64,000 nucleotides of DNA from Bacteroidota bacterium. GTDB taxonomy: Bacteria > Bacteroidota > Ignavibacteria > UBA10030 > UBA8401. The notes under the pieces are model-generated. The model had not been told where the DNA came from. It worked only from the letters and a program-made list of their open reading frames with translations, and did not search any database. The stretch lies in the NCBI GenBank assembly GCA_035506275.1, contig DATJPT010000017.1, positions 11,831 to 75,830 on the forward strand, given 5' to 3'. The translations under genes were made by a program, and so were the position numbers. Of the stretch, positions 9,144 to 20,259 are shown piece by piece (position 1 is the stretch's first letter; every line of letters begins with the position of its first letter).

Positions 9144-12100
9144 ATGAATACTTCAGATGTCTTGGCGGCGTTCCATCCCCTTGTCCGCTCCTGGTTCGTA
9201 CAATCGTTCGGCGAACCGAGCCCTCCGCAACAACTGGGCTGGCCCTCCATTGCGGCAGGAAATAACACCCTCATCGTCGCCCCGACCGGCTCCGGAAAAA
9301 CGCTCTCCGCTTTTCTCTGGTGCATCAATCACCTGGTCGAAGAAAATTTGGCCGCGGCAAAGAACGGCCACAGGGGAGAAAAAGAACGTTCCGCCGGCGT
9401 GCGCGTCCTCTATATCTCCCCCCTTAAGGCGCTCAACAACGACATCCATCGCAACCTCGAACTTCCCCTCAAAGGTATTCAGGACGCAGCGGTTTCACAA
9501 TCGGTCCAGCTCGCAAAACTTCGGAGCGCCGTCCGCACGGGAGATACGACTCAAGCGGAGCGTGCTGCGATCCTGAAAAATCCCCCCGACATTTTGATCA
9601 CGACGCCGGAGTCGCTCTATCTTATGCTCTCGTCGCAGAGGGCGAGAAAAATTTTCGCTTCCGTCCGCTACGTTATCGTGGACGAGATCCATTCCATCAG
9701 CGGGAACAAGCGCGGAGTACATTTATCATTGTCGCTGGAGCGGCTGGAACGGGCGACAGCGAATTCTTTCGTGCGGATCGGATTGTCGGCGACACAGCGG
9801 CCGTTGGAAACGATCGCCCGGTTCCTGGGGGGACAGGAATGGAAGAACGGACAACTGATCTCCCGCGCCGTAACGATCGTCGACGCCGGCTACAAGAAGA
9901 AAATGGACCTCCAGGTGAACTGCGTCGCGCAGGATTTTTCCGACCTTCCGACCGACAGCATCTGGACCCTGATCTTCCCCCGGCTCATCGATGAGATCTA
10001 CCGGCACAAAACAACGCTGATCTTTGTGAACAACAGGCGCCTCGCCGAACGGGTTGCCGCACAATTGAACGAACTACTTGAAGGCCGGGAACACACCTTC
10101 AACAATTACGCCGTTCCGTATTCTTCCGAGCCGTTATCTCCGCCGACAAAAATACCTGACATCGTCGTGCAGGCATACCATGGCAGCATGTCGCGAACGG
10201 CCAGAGAACAGATGGAGGCGGACCTGAAACAGGGAAAACTCCGCGTGCTCGTCGCAACATCCGCGCTTGAACTCGGCATCGACATCGGCAGCATCGACCT
10301 GGTCATCCAGATCCAATCGCCAAAGGGAATTGCGAGAGGATTGCAGCGGGTCGGACGGTCGGGGCACCTCGTCAGCGCGACGAGCAAAGGGAGGATCTTC
10401 ATCACGCACCGCGAGGACCTGATCGAGTCGACCGTGGTCGCGAAGGAAATGGAAGAGCATGCGATCGAAGAGACGCACGTTCCGCACGACTGTCTCGACG
10501 TCCTTGCCCAGCACATTGTTTCGATGGTAAGCGTGGAAGATTGGAACGCGGAACAGTTGTTCGACCTTGTTCGCCAATCCACCTGCTATCAAAGCCTCTC
10601 AAAAAAGGCCTTCACCAGCGTCGTCCAGTTGCTCGCCGGGCGGTACACGAACGAAGCGTTCCGCGAACTGCGGCCGCGGATCTCGTGGGACAAGGTCCGC
10701 AATACGCTCTCGGCGCTTCCCGGCTCATCGCATCTTGCGATCACGAATGCCGGTACAATTCCCGACCGGGGCTATTTTGGCGTCTACCTGGAGGATCTGA
10801 AAACAAAGATCGGCGAAGTGGACGAAGAGTTTATTTATGAAAGCCGGACGGGTGATACCTTCATTCTCGGTTCGAACGTATGGAAGATGCTCGACATCGA
10901 CGCCAACAAGATCGTCGTCGCGCCGGCTCCCGGCGAACCGGCGCGGATGCCTTTCTGGCGGGGAGAAGGAATCGGGCGGACGTTCGAGCTCGGCGAAAAG
11001 ATCGGAAAATTCCTGGACGAGCTTTCATCCGGTGAGCCCGCCCACGTCGAATGGCTTCGCGACAATTATCCCGTCGATGCACATTCGGCGCGAAACATCG
11101 TCGACTATCTCCGGCAGCAAAAGGCGGCAACGAAATTTCTTCCCACGCATTCTTCGATCGTGGTGGAAGGGTTCCGCGACGAGATCGGCGATCCGCGCAT
11201 TGTCGTGCATTCCATCTTCGGCCGAAGGGTGAACGGGCTCCTTGGGCTCGTCCTTTCGCACCAGCTCCGCGAACGTCTCGGCACCGAGATCCAGATGCTC
11301 TACAATGACGACGGAATTCTCTTCCGCTGTTCGGACGTCGAACGGCTCCCGCTCGACCTTTTCGCCGGCCTCACCGCGGCAAAAGCGCAGGAGTTGATCC
11401 TTGATGAACTGGTCATCTCTCCCCTTTTTGGCGCGCTATTCAGGCAAAATTCAGCGCGGGCCCTTCTGTTGCCGAAGACTAGGATCGGAAAACGGACCCC
11501 CCTTTGGCTGCAGCGGCTCCGCGCCGGGGATCTGCTTCAGGTCGTGCGCAAGGTCGACGATTTCCCGATCGTCATCGAAACGATCCGCGATTGCCTGAAC
11601 GACGCCCTCGATTTCGAACATTTTAAGGAAGTGATGGGGAAGGTCGAATCAGGGACGATCGGCATCCATTCGGTCCAGACAGAAATGCCGTCGCCGTTCG
11701 CATCGGCAGTTTTGTTCGATTTCATCGCGGTCTACATGTATGAAGGGGATCAGCCGAGAAACAGCTCCGCGAATCAATACCAGCATCTCAACCGGGAACT
11801 GCTTGCCGAAGTCGTGAACCTCGACGCCGTAAAAACCGTCATCAAGCACGATGCGCTCGACCGGATCGAAGAACAGCTTCAGTTCACCTCTGATACCCGC
11901 AAAGCCCGCACCGCCGAAGAATTGCTCGAGATCCTTCTGCGAATCGGTGAACTGACCCGGGAAGAGCTGGCGGAGCGTTCCGCCGGAAACGGCCCGAAGC
12001 TCAAAGACCAGCTCCAACAACAAGGGACGATCGTTCGCGTGACGATGAACGGGAAAGAATTTTTTATAGCCGCGGAGGAGGTTCCGTTCTATCTTCCGAT

Positions 12101-13721
12101 CGCCGTGGTCAGCCGCGAAACGCTTGTTGCTCTTCCCGAGGAGTTTCAAACCTCGCCGCTCAAGCGGGAAGAATGCCTCCGCTTCCTGATAACGCGAATG
12201 CTCCGCTCGCATACGCCTCTCCGGGCGGAACAGATCGCTTCGCGGTTCGGAATTCCAAACGAAGAATGCGAAGGCATCCTCCGGTCCCTCCCCGAAGAGG
12301 AACAGATCATTCACGGTTCATTCTCGACGGAACATGAGATCGTGCAATGGTGCTACAGGCCGAACCTGGAACGGATCCATCGGGCGTCGATCAACATTCT
12401 CCGGAAGGAGATCAAGCCGGCTTCGATCAGCGATTTCACGAGTTTTCTTTCTCATTGGCAGCACCGGCATCCTTCAACGCAGACAAACGGTGAAGCGGGT
12501 CTTGTGACTGTTCTCGAACAAATGGAAGGATATGCTCTTAGCTCCGAGTTATGGGAGGCTGAGATCTTCAGGAACAGGATGAAGAACTACGACCCGGCAG
12601 CGCTGCGAACATTGTCGGCGAGGGGAGAAATTATCTGCATAGGCTCCTCCCCCGGAAAATCTCAATGGCTCTTCAGCGGAGACGGGGCCTGTTTTATCGA
12701 TGAAAAGGATACGTTGCTCGAAGGGGCCTCATCCCCCGCGAAAGAGTTGTATGAGTTCCTTAAAGGCAACGGCGCATCGTTTCTTTCGGACATCCGCGAA
12801 GGAACTTCCTTTTCCCTGGCAGCGTTGAACAAGGCCGTCGCGGAATTGTTCTGGCAGAAGCTGATCACCAACGACGTTGTCGATGAAGCGTTGAACGTCA
12901 AACGGTTCAAGACCAAAGACGAATCGCCTCTTCCGGCTGAACGGATCATCTTGACGAACCCGAGGCGCAATCCGCTGAAATCGTTCGCGATGAATTCCGT
13001 CAGGAAGGCCCTGCGAAACGCCCCCGGATGGAACGGACGCTGGTCGCTCGTCCACACGCGGAGAGTTCTCGGTGAAAAGGCCTCGCTGGAAGAAAAAACG
13101 GCGCGACAGGCACAGCAGCTCCTGCTTCGTTACGGCATCGTAGCGCGGGAGATCGCAAAACGGGAAGACAACCTCCTTTCGTGGCCTTTGCTCGCACTGG
13201 AGTTCCAAAAAATGGAACTGCGCGGAGAGATCCGCCGGGGCTATTTTGTCGATGGGTTATCGGGAATGCAGTTCGCTCTGCCGGCAGCCGTTGAGATGAT
13301 GAGGTCAATCACCAGTGAACGATTAACTATGAACGACACTCCTACGATGGTGATCAATGCCTGCGACCCCGCGAATCCGTACGGCCTCGGGGTCGAGATC
13401 GCTGGGAGATCGCCGGAATCCGGCCTCCGGATTTCCCGGCTTCCTTTGAATTATTTTGTCTTTGACAAAGGAACGCCGATCTTGTGGATCGAAGGCTTCG
13501 GTGCGCGAATAACGACCGTTGCCGAGTCATCCCGGGAGACGGTCCGCGCCGGACTGGAACAATTTGTTGCCAACCTCCGGTCGTCATTCCGCGACGAGCG
13601 GGAGATCATCGTTGAATACTGCGATGGGCTCCGTCCGACGGAAGGCCCGATGGCTGAAACGCTCCGTTCCATCGGTTTTTACCGGGACAAGGCGCAGACA
13701 ATGAGATACGAATTACGATGA
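9144..13721 (+). CDS. lhr: ATP-dependent helicase Lhr (long form, 1525 aa)
   Basis: APTGSGKT Walker A, VIVDEIHS (DEIH box), helicase C motifs, long C-terminal extension of the same size class as E. coli Lhr. Confidence 0.85.
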   Translation: MNTSDVLAAFHPLVRSWFVQSFGEPSPPQQLGWPSIAAGNNTLIVAPTGSGKTLSAFLWCINHLVEENLAAAKNGHRGEKERSAGVRVLYISPLKALNNDIHRNLELPLKGIQDAAVSQSVQLAKLRSAVRTGDTTQAERAAILKNPPDILITTPESLYLMLSSQRARKIFASVRYVIVDEIHSISGNKRGVHLSLSLERLERATANSFVRIGLSATQRPLETIARFLGGQEWKNGQLISRAVTIVDAGYKKKMDLQVNCVAQDFSDLPTDSIWTLIFPRLIDEIYRHKTTLIFVNNRRLAERVAAQLNELLEGREHTFNNYAVPYSSEPLSPPTKIPDIVVQAYHGSMSRTAREQMEADLKQGKLRVLVATSALELGIDIGSIDLVIQIQSPKGIARGLQRVGRSGHLVSATSKGRIFITHREDLIESTVVAKEMEEHAIEETHVPHDCLDVLAQHIVSMVSVEDWNAEQLFDLVRQSTCYQSLSKKAFTSVVQLLAGRYTNEAFRELRPRISWDKVRNTLSALPGSSHLAITNAGTIPDRGYFGVYLEDLKTKIGEVDEEFIYESRTGDTFILGSNVWKMLDIDANKIVVAPAPGEPARMPFWRGEGIGRTFELGEKIGKFLDELSSGEPAHVEWLRDNYPVDAHSARNIVDYLRQQKAATKFLPTHSSIVVEGFRDEIGDPRIVVHSIFGRRVNGLLGLVLSHQLRERLGTEIQMLYNDDGILFRCSDVERLPLDLFAGLTAAKAQELILDELVISPLFGALFRQNSARALLLPKTRIGKRTPLWLQRLRAGDLLQVVRKVDDFPIVIETIRDCLNDALDFEHFKEVMGKVESGTIGIHSVQTEMPSPFASAVLFDFIAVYMYEGDQPRNSSANQYQHLNRELLAEVVNLDAVKTVIKHDALDRIEEQLQFTSDTRKARTAEELLEILLRIGELTREELAERSAGNGPKLKDQLQQQGTIVRVTMNGKEFFIAAEEVPFYLPIAVVSRETLVALPEEFQTSPLKREECLRFLITRMLRSHTPLRAEQIASRFGIPNEECEGILRSLPEEEQIIHGSFSTEHEIVQWCYRPNLERIHRASINILRKEIKPASISDFTSFLSHWQHRHPSTQTNGEAGLVTVLEQMEGYALSSELWEAEIFRNRMKNYDPAALRTLSARGEIICIGSSPGKSQWLFSGDGACFIDEKDTLLEGASSPAKELYEFLKGNGASFLSDIREGTSFSLAALNKAVAELFWQKLITNDVVDEALNVKRFKTKDESPLPAERIILTNPRRNPLKSFAMNSVRKALRNAPGWNGRWSLVHTRRVLGEKASLEEKTARQAQQLLLRYGIVAREIAKREDNLLSWPLLALEFQKMELRGEIRRGYFVDGLSGMQFALPAAVEMMRSITSERLTMNDTPTMVINACDPANPYGLGVEIAGRSPESGLRISRLPLNYFVFDKGTPILWIEGFGARITTVAESSRETVRAGLEQFVANLRSSFRDEREIIVEYCDGLRPTEGPMAETLRSIGFYRDKAQTMRYELR

Positions 13722-13813
13722 ATGCACGCCACAAAGGCGGAAAGACACAAAGACCCTTATGCGTCTTTGTCCCCTTGTGGTAAAAAAACCAAACACAAAT
13801 CAAAGGATCAACA

Positions 13814-14770
13814 TTGGCAGCAAGAAAAAAGAAGACTCCCCCCTCTCTGAAAGACGACGCACAGGACCTCGGCCTCGGGTCGAAGGTCACACAACAGGAA
13901 CGGACTCGATTCCTTAACCGGGACGGAAGCTTCAACGTCGAACGGACCGGACAGTCCCTCTTTAGATCGCTGAACCCGTACCATGCCCTCCTTTCGATGT
14001 CATGGGCTAAATTCCACTCGATCATTGTGGTGTCGTACTTTCTTGTCAACACGATCTTCGGGCTGCTGTATATGGCGTGCGGACTTCAGGCAATTGAGGG
14101 GTCGGCGGCCACTTCGCCCGGCGGACGTTTCTTCGACGCATTCTTCTTCAGCGTGCAAACGCTGGCGACGATCGGTTACGGCAAGATGACTCCCTCTGGA
14201 TTCGCCGCGAACGTCGTCGTCGCGTTTGAAGCGTTGACCGGTCTTTTCGGGTTTGCGCTGGCGACCGGATTATTGTTCGCGCGCTTCTCCCGGCCGAACG
14301 CGCAGATTCAATACAGCGAGAAAGCGGTGATCGCCCCTTTTCATGACATTACCGGCTTCATGTTCAGGATCGTCAACGAGAGGCGAAATCAGCTCATCGA
14401 AGTTTCGGCGACTCTTACTTACAGCCGGATCGAGCACGTCAACGGAAGGAACCTCAGGCGCTTTTACCAGCTCCCGCTGGAACGGAGCAAAGTTGTTTTT
14501 TTTCCGCTCAACTGGACCATTGTCCATCCGATCGACGAGCAGAGCCCCCTCTTCGGCGTTACACAAAAGGACCTGGAGGCGACGGATGCCGAGTTTGCGA
14601 TCCTGCTGACGGCGATCGACGAAACGTTTTCGCAGACGGTGCACAGCCGGTCATCCTATAAATTCGACGAGGTGGTTGTCGGCGCGAAGTTCAAGGATAT
14701 GTTCCTTCCCTCCAAGAACGGCATTGTGCGCGTCGACATGAGCCTCCTGAGCGAGATCGAACTGGTCTAA
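13814..14770 (+). CDS. inward-rectifier-type potassium channel (KirBac family)
   Basis: Two TM helices flanking a pore helix with the TIGYG selectivity filter (VQTLATIGYGKMTP), then a ~200 aa cytoplasmic Kir-type beta-rich domain; TTG start in the track. Confidence 0.8.
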   Translation: MAARKKKTPPSLKDDAQDLGLGSKVTQQERTRFLNRDGSFNVERTGQSLFRSLNPYHALLSMSWAKFHSIIVVSYFLVNTIFGLLYMACGLQAIEGSAATSPGGRFFDAFFFSVQTLATIGYGKMTPSGFAANVVVAFEALTGLFGFALATGLLFARFSRPNAQIQYSEKAVIAPFHDITGFMFRIVNERRNQLIEVSATLTYSRIEHVNGRNLRRFYQLPLERSKVVFFPLNWTIVHPIDEQSPLFGVTQKDLEATDAEFAILLTAIDETFSQTVHSRSSYKFDEVVVGAKFKDMFLPSKNGIVRVDMSLLSEIELV

Positions 14771-14787
14771 CGGTATTGAACGCAGCG

Positions 14788-15264
14788 ATGCTTCCCCACT
14801 ATATCATCGACGGATACAATGTCATCCACGCGATTCCAACGCTGAAGAAGCTGCTTGCGCATGATGGATCTCAGGCAAGGGAGCAGCTGATCTTTCTCGT
14901 TTCCCGGCTGACCTTCAAGCGAAAATTCCGCTGCACGATCGTTTTCGACGGAGCAAGGCCGCACGAACCCCATCCTTCGTCCACGCATTCGCCGCTCCAT
15001 ATCGTCTTCTCGGCGCCGCAATCAGCGGACGCCAGGATAAAATCGATGATCGAGCAGTCGAAAAACCGAACGCTCCTCGTCATCGTCTCTTCGGACCGGG
15101 AAATACTAAGCTATGCAAGAGAATGTTCCTGCCCGACGTACACGTCAAAATATTTCAGCAACCTTCTTTTTGAGGAACCCGATAGGGGGGAAGAAAAAGA
15201 TCCGACGGCGTTATCGAAGGGTCAGGTCGAGGAATGGCTGAAAATTTTTGGAGAGAAGAAGTAG
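14788..15264 (+). CDS. NYN-domain (YacP/Rae1-like) putative RNase
   Basis: IIDGYNVIH ... VFDG ... VSSD motif order as in B. subtilis YacP; begins 6-18 bp after the K+ channel stop. Confidence 0.7.
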   Translation: MLPHYIIDGYNVIHAIPTLKKLLAHDGSQAREQLIFLVSRLTFKRKFRCTIVFDGARPHEPHPSSTHSPLHIVFSAPQSADARIKSMIEQSKNRTLLVIVSSDREILSYARECSCPTYTSKYFSNLLFEEPDRGEEKDPTALSKGQVEEWLKIFGEKK

Positions 15265-15350
15265 GCAGCTTTCTTCATCCTCCCTCCCCCCGAAGCATCT
15301 TTTCGTAACCTTCCAGGGAGCGCTCCCATCCGGCATTTACATTTCCCGCT

Positions 15351-16091
15351 TCATCGACGGGGCTGGTTCATCCGCTTAAACATCTCGTTCAATTCATCGC
15401 GGGACGCACGGCTGGCGTTCGAAGAAAAACCGTAGGAGATCTCCAGGCTGCCGTTTTTCAATTGCTCGACCGCGGCATCGGCGAACTCATCCAATGGCGT
15501 GGCCGTTGAATGAAGCCCCTTCCCGCCGAGGTCGGTATTCACTGCCGGGGGGATGATTTCGATGACGGAGATCGGCGTCGAGGAGAGCTGGTGTCTCAGC
15601 GAAAGCGTGAACGACCGGAGGGCCGCTTTGGTGGCGCAATAGACCGGCGCCATGGCCATCGGCGCGAAGGCCAGACCGGAAGTGATGTTGATGATTGCAG
15701 GATGACCCTGTGCTGCCAGGTGCGGAATGAACAAGGTCGTGAGATGGATCGGGGCATCAAGGTTGATGGCGATCTCCTCCTCCACCTCATCCCAGCGGGA
15801 GGCCTGAGCAAGCTGAAACCGCCGCTGGATGCCTGCATTGTTGATGAGAACGTTGGTGTTCGGGAATTCCTTCGCCGTCCACTGGAACAACGAGATTCTC
15901 TCGGAAGACCGCGAGGCATCGCATGCGCGGGTATGGATCTTCGGAAATTTTGCTTTGATTTCGCGAAGCTTATCCTCGCGGCGTCCACAGACAATCACCT
16001 CGCTGCCGGCGTTGAGAAACCGCTCGGCGAGCGCAGATCCGATGCCCGAAGCGCCGCCGGTAATAAGAACGGTCTGTGATCCTAAATCCAT
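15351..16091 (-). CDS. SDR family NAD(P)-dependent oxidoreductase
   Basis: TGGASGIGSALA Rossmann motif and YCATKAAL (YxxxK) catalytic motif. Confidence 0.85.
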   Translation of the reverse strand: MDLGSQTVLITGGASGIGSALAERFLNAGSEVIVCGRREDKLREIKAKFPKIHTRACDASRSSERISLFQWTAKEFPNTNVLINNAGIQRRFQLAQASRWDEVEEEIAINLDAPIHLTTLFIPHLAAQGHPAIINITSGLAFAPMAMAPVYCATKAALRSFTLSLRHQLSSTPISVIEIIPPAVNTDLGGKGLHSTATPLDEFADAAVEQLKNGSLEISYGFSSNASRASRDELNEMFKRMNQPRR

Positions 16092-16182
16092 GAAATCCTC
16101 CTATCGTCTCGCAGAAGTCTTTTTCTATCGTTATAGAAGAGCAAATGGTGAATGGTAAACAGCGAAGATGTTACGAAAGCGG

Positions 16183-17373
16183 TCAGACGGCGGTTTTCTT
16201 CTTCTCGGTCTTTGTTCCGGCGTTTTCCATCAGCGCAATGAACTTTGCGAAAAGATAATCGCTGTCGTGCGGACCGGGGGAAGCTTCCGGATGATACTGG
16301 ACGCAGAAAAGGGGGAGATGCTTATGCTGGAACCCTTCGACAGTGCTGTCGTTGAGGTTGAGGTGCGTCAGTTCGACGTTCTTTTCGTCCATCGTTTTCC
16401 AGTCGACGGCGAAACCGTGGTTCTGCGACGTGATCTCGATGTCGCCGGTCTGGAGGTTTTTCACCGGATGGTTGGCGCCCCGGTGCCCGAACTTCAGTTT
16501 GTACGTTTTTCCCCCGAGCGCAAGCGCGAGGAGCTGATGGCCGAGGCAGATGCCGAACATCGGCTTCGTGCCGATCAACTTCTTCAAGTTCATGATCGCA
16601 TATTTCACGGCATCGGGATCGCCCGGACCGTTGGAAAGAAAAATTCCGTCGGGATTCATCGCCAGCACCTGCTCGGCCGGATACGATGCGGGGACGACGG
16701 TCAGCGCGCAGCCGTACCGCGCAAGCCGGCGGAGGATATTTTGCTTCACGCCGTAATCATACACCACGACCTTGAACCGTTCGCCGTTGCGGTGAGTGTC
16801 GCGAGTCCGCGGTGCGAGCGCGAACATCGTCCTGTCGATCTCATCCCACGAATACGGCGCGCTGCACGTCACATTTTTGGCCAGGTCGAGTCCGTTCATC
16901 TCCGGCGACGCTTTCGCCTTCTTCACCAAACTCGCATCGTCAAGGTCGATCGTCGAGAGAACGCCGCGCAAAGCGCCGAGTGTGCGGATCATCTTCGTCA
17001 GCATCCTTGTGTCGATGCCCTGGATGGCAATAATGTTGTTCTTTTTCAACCAATCGCCGAGACTGGATGCTGCCCGCCAGTTGCTGTAAAAGTCAAAATA
17101 CTCCCGCACGATGAAGCCGGCAACCTGGGGCTTGACCGATTCCACATCGGCAGCATTGACGCCGTAATTTCCGATGAGCGGATACGTCATCGTGACGATC
17201 TGCCCGGCGTAGGACGGGTCTGTAAGGATCTCCTGGTAGCCGGTAATGCTCGTATTAAAGACGACTTCGCCGGTGATTTCTCCTTCGGCGCCGAAATTTT
17301 CACCGGTGAACACCGCACCGTTCTCGAGGGCTAGCTTAACGATCATTGAGAAAAGTCTTCCTTTTTTCAGCAT
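16183..17373 (-). CDS. carA: carbamoyl-phosphate synthase small subunit (glutamine amidotransferase)
   Basis: CarA N-terminal domain plus class-I GATase [12 protein letters not shown] catalytic Cys-His region; about 395 aa. Confidence 0.9.
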   Translation of the reverse strand: MLKKGRLFSMIVKLALENGAVFTGENFGAEGEITGEVVFNTSITGYQEILTDPSYAGQIVTMTYPLIGNYGVNAADVESVKPQVAGFIVREYFDFYSNWRAASSLGDWLKKNNIIAIQGIDTRMLTKMIRTLGALRGVLSTIDLDDASLVKKAKASPEMNGLDLAKNVTCSAPYSWDEIDRTMFALAPRTRDTHRNGERFKVVVYDYGVKQNILRRLARYGCALTVVPASYPAEQVLAMNPDGIFLSNGPGDPDAVKYAIMNLKKLIGTKPMFGICLGHQLLALALGGKTYKLKFGHRGANHPVKNLQTGDIEITSQNHGFAVDWKTMDEKNVELTHLNLNDSTVEGFQHKHLPLFCVQYHPEASPGPHDSDYLFAKFIALMENAGTKTEKKKTAV

Positions 17374-17578
17374 TTAAAATACAAAAATTGCCGCGGAGAG
17401 TCAACGAAAGCGCGGGAAAGGGAGCATGCATGAGGGTCCGTAGAAAATCTTCGGGGCGCGTTGTAAACGTTCATTACTCTGATTATCTTAAACACTGCGG
17501 CAGGGAACTTCTCCCGCCGCACTTCAGTCAAATCTGTACCCCGCTCAACATGAATAACATTTTTCGACAGGATTCCCG

Positions 17579-18934
17579 ATGAAGAACTTGATTTCCCTGC
17601 TTTTTCTTGGCGCGACCGTCCTGACATCCGCTGCACTCGGGCAGACCGACGAAGCGGCGGTCGCGCAAAAGACCGACTCGCTGATGACCGATGCCGCAAA
17701 AAAAGGAATATTCTCCGGCATCGTCATAATATCCCATAACGGAAAAGAGATCTATCACAAGAGCTCCGGCTTTGCCGATTGGGAGACCCAGCGAGCCGTT
17801 GACGACGGAACGCTGTTCAACATCGGCTCCTTGAACAAGCAGTTCACAGAAGAGCTCATCCACCAGCTCGTGAAGGAAAAGAAGGTCTCGTATGACGCGC
17901 CGTTGAGCAAGTATCTCGATGTTTTTCCTCCCAAAACGGGGGATAAAATCACCATCAGGCAGCTGCTCAATATGAGAGCGGGATTGGGGGACTTTCTGCG
18001 GGACCCGCGCTTCAGGGGCATTGAGTTTTCCGATTACACTTTGGCACAGCTTGTGGACATTATAAAGGACGAACCGCTGCTCTTTGAGCCCGGATCAAGC
18101 CAACAATATTCGAACTCCGGATATGCAGTCCTCGGAATGGTCATCGAGAAGGTGACCGGGAAAAGTTTCGAGAAAAATATTCAGGACCGAATTGCGGAGC
18201 CGCTCGGACTCAAAAATATCTATTACACCAAGGAGGAAAAAAAGCAGCAGGTGCGGCGTGCGAATGGCACCACCATCGAATTCGACGGGAACAAGAAGAG
18301 CATCGACGATATTTCCAACAGCTCACCTGCCGGAGGAATCTACACTACCGCGTCGGATCTTCTTACTTTTACCGAAGCAAAACTCCGCAACACGCTGCCG
18401 TCCGGGACCAAGTATGGGAACGGAATGTTCGGCGGAGGAACGCCGTTCTGGAATGCCGCGATCTACTACAACAAGGAAGACGGATACGCGTATGTGATCC
18501 TCGCCAACATGGGGGAAATTGCCGACGAGCTTTCGCGCCGGATCGTTTCGATCATCAGGGGAGATCCGTTTCCGCCCCTCGAATCTCCCTTTATCACAAA
18601 GCTTTATCGCCTTATCACCGAAAAGGGATATGACTATATTCACGCCAATGCCGCTTCGCTTGCAGCGCAGGCTCATCGGCCGTACGACGATCGCTTCCTG
18701 AATTTTTTTGGCTATCAATTCCTGGAGGCCGGCAAGGACGACATTGCCATCTCGCTTTTTAAGATCAATGTCGACCTTTTTCCAAACACTCCGAATACTT
18801 ATGACAGTTTGGCCGAAGCGTATCTGAAGACGGGGGACAAGAAGAATGCGGCAACCTTCTATAAGAAAGAACTGGAGCTTGACCCGGATAACTCAAGGGT
18901 CAGGCGGGCACTTTCGGACCTGGGCGCACAATGA
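17579..18934 (+). CDS. serine hydrolase of the beta-lactamase/PBP (class C-like) family with a C-terminal TPR region
   Basis: Signal peptide; SxxK motif (FNIGSLNKQF); YxN-like and later motifs; TPR-like C-terminus (AEAYLKTGDKKNAATFYKKELELDPDN). Confidence 0.75.
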   Translation: MKNLISLLFLGATVLTSAALGQTDEAAVAQKTDSLMTDAAKKGIFSGIVIISHNGKEIYHKSSGFADWETQRAVDDGTLFNIGSLNKQFTEELIHQLVKEKKVSYDAPLSKYLDVFPPKTGDKITIRQLLNMRAGLGDFLRDPRFRGIEFSDYTLAQLVDIIKDEPLLFEPGSSQQYSNSGYAVLGMVIEKVTGKSFEKNIQDRIAEPLGLKNIYYTKEEKKQQVRRANGTTIEFDGNKKSIDDISNSSPAGGIYTTASDLLTFTEAKLRNTLPSGTKYGNGMFGGGTPFWNAAIYYNKEDGYAYVILANMGEIADELSRRIVSIIRGDPFPPLESPFITKLYRLITEKGYDYIHANAASLAAQAHRPYDDRFLNFFGYQFLEAGKDDIAISLFKINVDLFPNTPNTYDSLAEAYLKTGDKKNAATFYKKELELDPDNSRVRRALSDLGAQ

Positions 18935-18955
18935 TCCACATCAACGAGGAGAGGA

Positions 18956-19285
18956 ATGAAAACGATCGGACTGCTGACGGTTTCAAACATTTTTATGACC
19001 ATCGCTTGGTACGGCCATTTGAAGTTCAAAGAAGTGGCGCTGTGGAAAGTCATCCTCGTCAGCTGGCTCATCGCTTTTGTTGAATATTGCTTTCAGGTCC
19101 CCGCAAACCGGATCGGGTCGTACCAGTTCTCGGGAGCCCAGCTAAAGACGATTCAGGAAGTGATCACCCTTGTCGTCTTCAGCGTTTTCTCCGTCGTGTA
19201 TCTTAAGGAGGAATTGCGCTGGAATTATGTCGTCGGCTTTGTGCTTCTCATCGCCGCCGCATTCTTCGTTTTCAAGAAATGGTAG
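18956..19285 (+). CDS. small DMT-superfamily membrane protein (DUF486-like)
   Basis: About 109 aa with 4 predicted TM helices, typical size and hydropathy of DUF486. Confidence 0.55.
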   Translation: MKTIGLLTVSNIFMTIAWYGHLKFKEVALWKVILVSWLIAFVEYCFQVPANRIGSYQFSGAQLKTIQEVITLVVFSVFSVVYLKEELRWNYVVGFVLLIAAAFFVFKKW

Positions 19286-19292
19286 CGATACA

Positions 19293-19820
19293 ATGATCGA
19301 AAGAATTTCCATCACCGAAGGAGATGTTACCCGTCAAAAGACCGATGCGATCGTGAATGCGGCCAACACTTCGCTCCTCGGCGGAGGAGGCGTTGACGGC
19401 GCGATCCACCGCGCTGCGGGGCCCGAGCTGCTCGAAGAATGCCGCAGTTTACACGGATGCAACACCGGCGAAGCAAAGATAACAAAGGGGTATAAACTTC
19501 CGGCTGCATGGGTCATCCACACCGTCGGACCGGTTTGGCGCGGCGGGAACAACCGGGAGGACGAAAACTTGCGCGATTGTTACAACAACAGTTTGACACT
19601 CGCAGCGCAGCATCGGATAGAAACGATCGCATTCCCTTCCATCAGCACGGGGGTGTACGGATTTCCCATCGAGCGGGCATCACGCGTTGCTTTGAAGACC
19701 ATTGCATCGTATCTTACGTCTGCCGATTACCCAAAACAAGTCACGGTGGTCTGTTACTCGCATCATGACTACCTCATCTACACCGCTGCGCTGAAAGAAT
19801 TGACCGATGACGCCAAATGA
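19293..19820 (+). CDS. macro-domain protein (O-acetyl-ADP-ribose deacetylase, YmdB-like)
   Basis: [26 protein letters not shown] ... ITKGYKLPA ... HTVGPVW macro-domain signature; start moved to ATG 19293 because the track ORF (19170) overlaps the preceding gene in another frame. Confidence 0.8.
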   Translation: MIERISITEGDVTRQKTDAIVNAANTSLLGGGGVDGAIHRAAGPELLEECRSLHGCNTGEAKITKGYKLPAAWVIHTVGPVWRGGNNREDENLRDCYNNSLTLAAQHRIETIAFPSISTGVYGFPIERASRVALKTIASYLTSADYPKQVTVVCYSHHDYLIYTAALKELTDDAK

Positions 19821-20238
19821 AGGAAAGCCCCTCTTTATTCAGTTGCCGTTTGAGCCGAAAACGTACGATATCGATTTCGCGGCGCATGTCAGCAACATCG
19901 TTTACATCAGATGGCTCGAAGACCTGCGGATGAAGCTGCTCGACACGTATCTCCCTCTTGCGGTCCTGATGGAACGGGGGATTTCTCCCGTCGTCACGCA
20001 GACGGTCATCAATTACAAGAGACCCGTGAAAATATTCGACGCGGTGAGCGGCGCCATGTGGGGCAAGGAGGCGGGGAACGTGAAATGGGCGCTTTCCGCT
20101 GAATTTTCTGTCCGGGGAACTATCGTCACAACAGCGGAACAGCTCGGAGTGTTTGTACGAATTGACAACGGAAGGCCTGCGCCGTTCCCGGAAGAACTCC
20201 GCCGGGAATTCACAGGACTTCAAAAAACAGATCGCTAA
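19807..20238 (+). CDS. acyl-CoA thioesterase, hotdog fold (4HBT/YbgC-like)
   Basis: About 140 aa hotdog-fold pattern (DxDxxxHVSN...); overlaps the macro-domain gene stop by 14 nt. Confidence 0.6.
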   Translation: MTPNEGKPLFIQLPFEPKTYDIDFAAHVSNIVYIRWLEDLRMKLLDTYLPLAVLMERGISPVVTQTVINYKRPVKIFDAVSGAMWGKEAGNVKWALSAEFSVRGTIVTTAEQLGVFVRIDNGRPAPFPEELRREFTGLQKTDR

Positions 20239-20259
20239 AAACTTGACGGAGAACGAACG

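Noticed and set aside
16168-17334. 388 aa ORF antisense to carA
   Set aside because: Arg/Asp/Gly-rich, GC-driven shadow frame with no motifs; the sense strand encodes an unmistakable CarA.
19170-19292. N-terminal extension of the macro-domain ORF as given in the track (start 19170)
   Set aside because: Overlaps the DUF486 gene in a different frame and adds a Ser/Cys-rich non-homologous leader; the macro-domain homology begins at ATG 19293.
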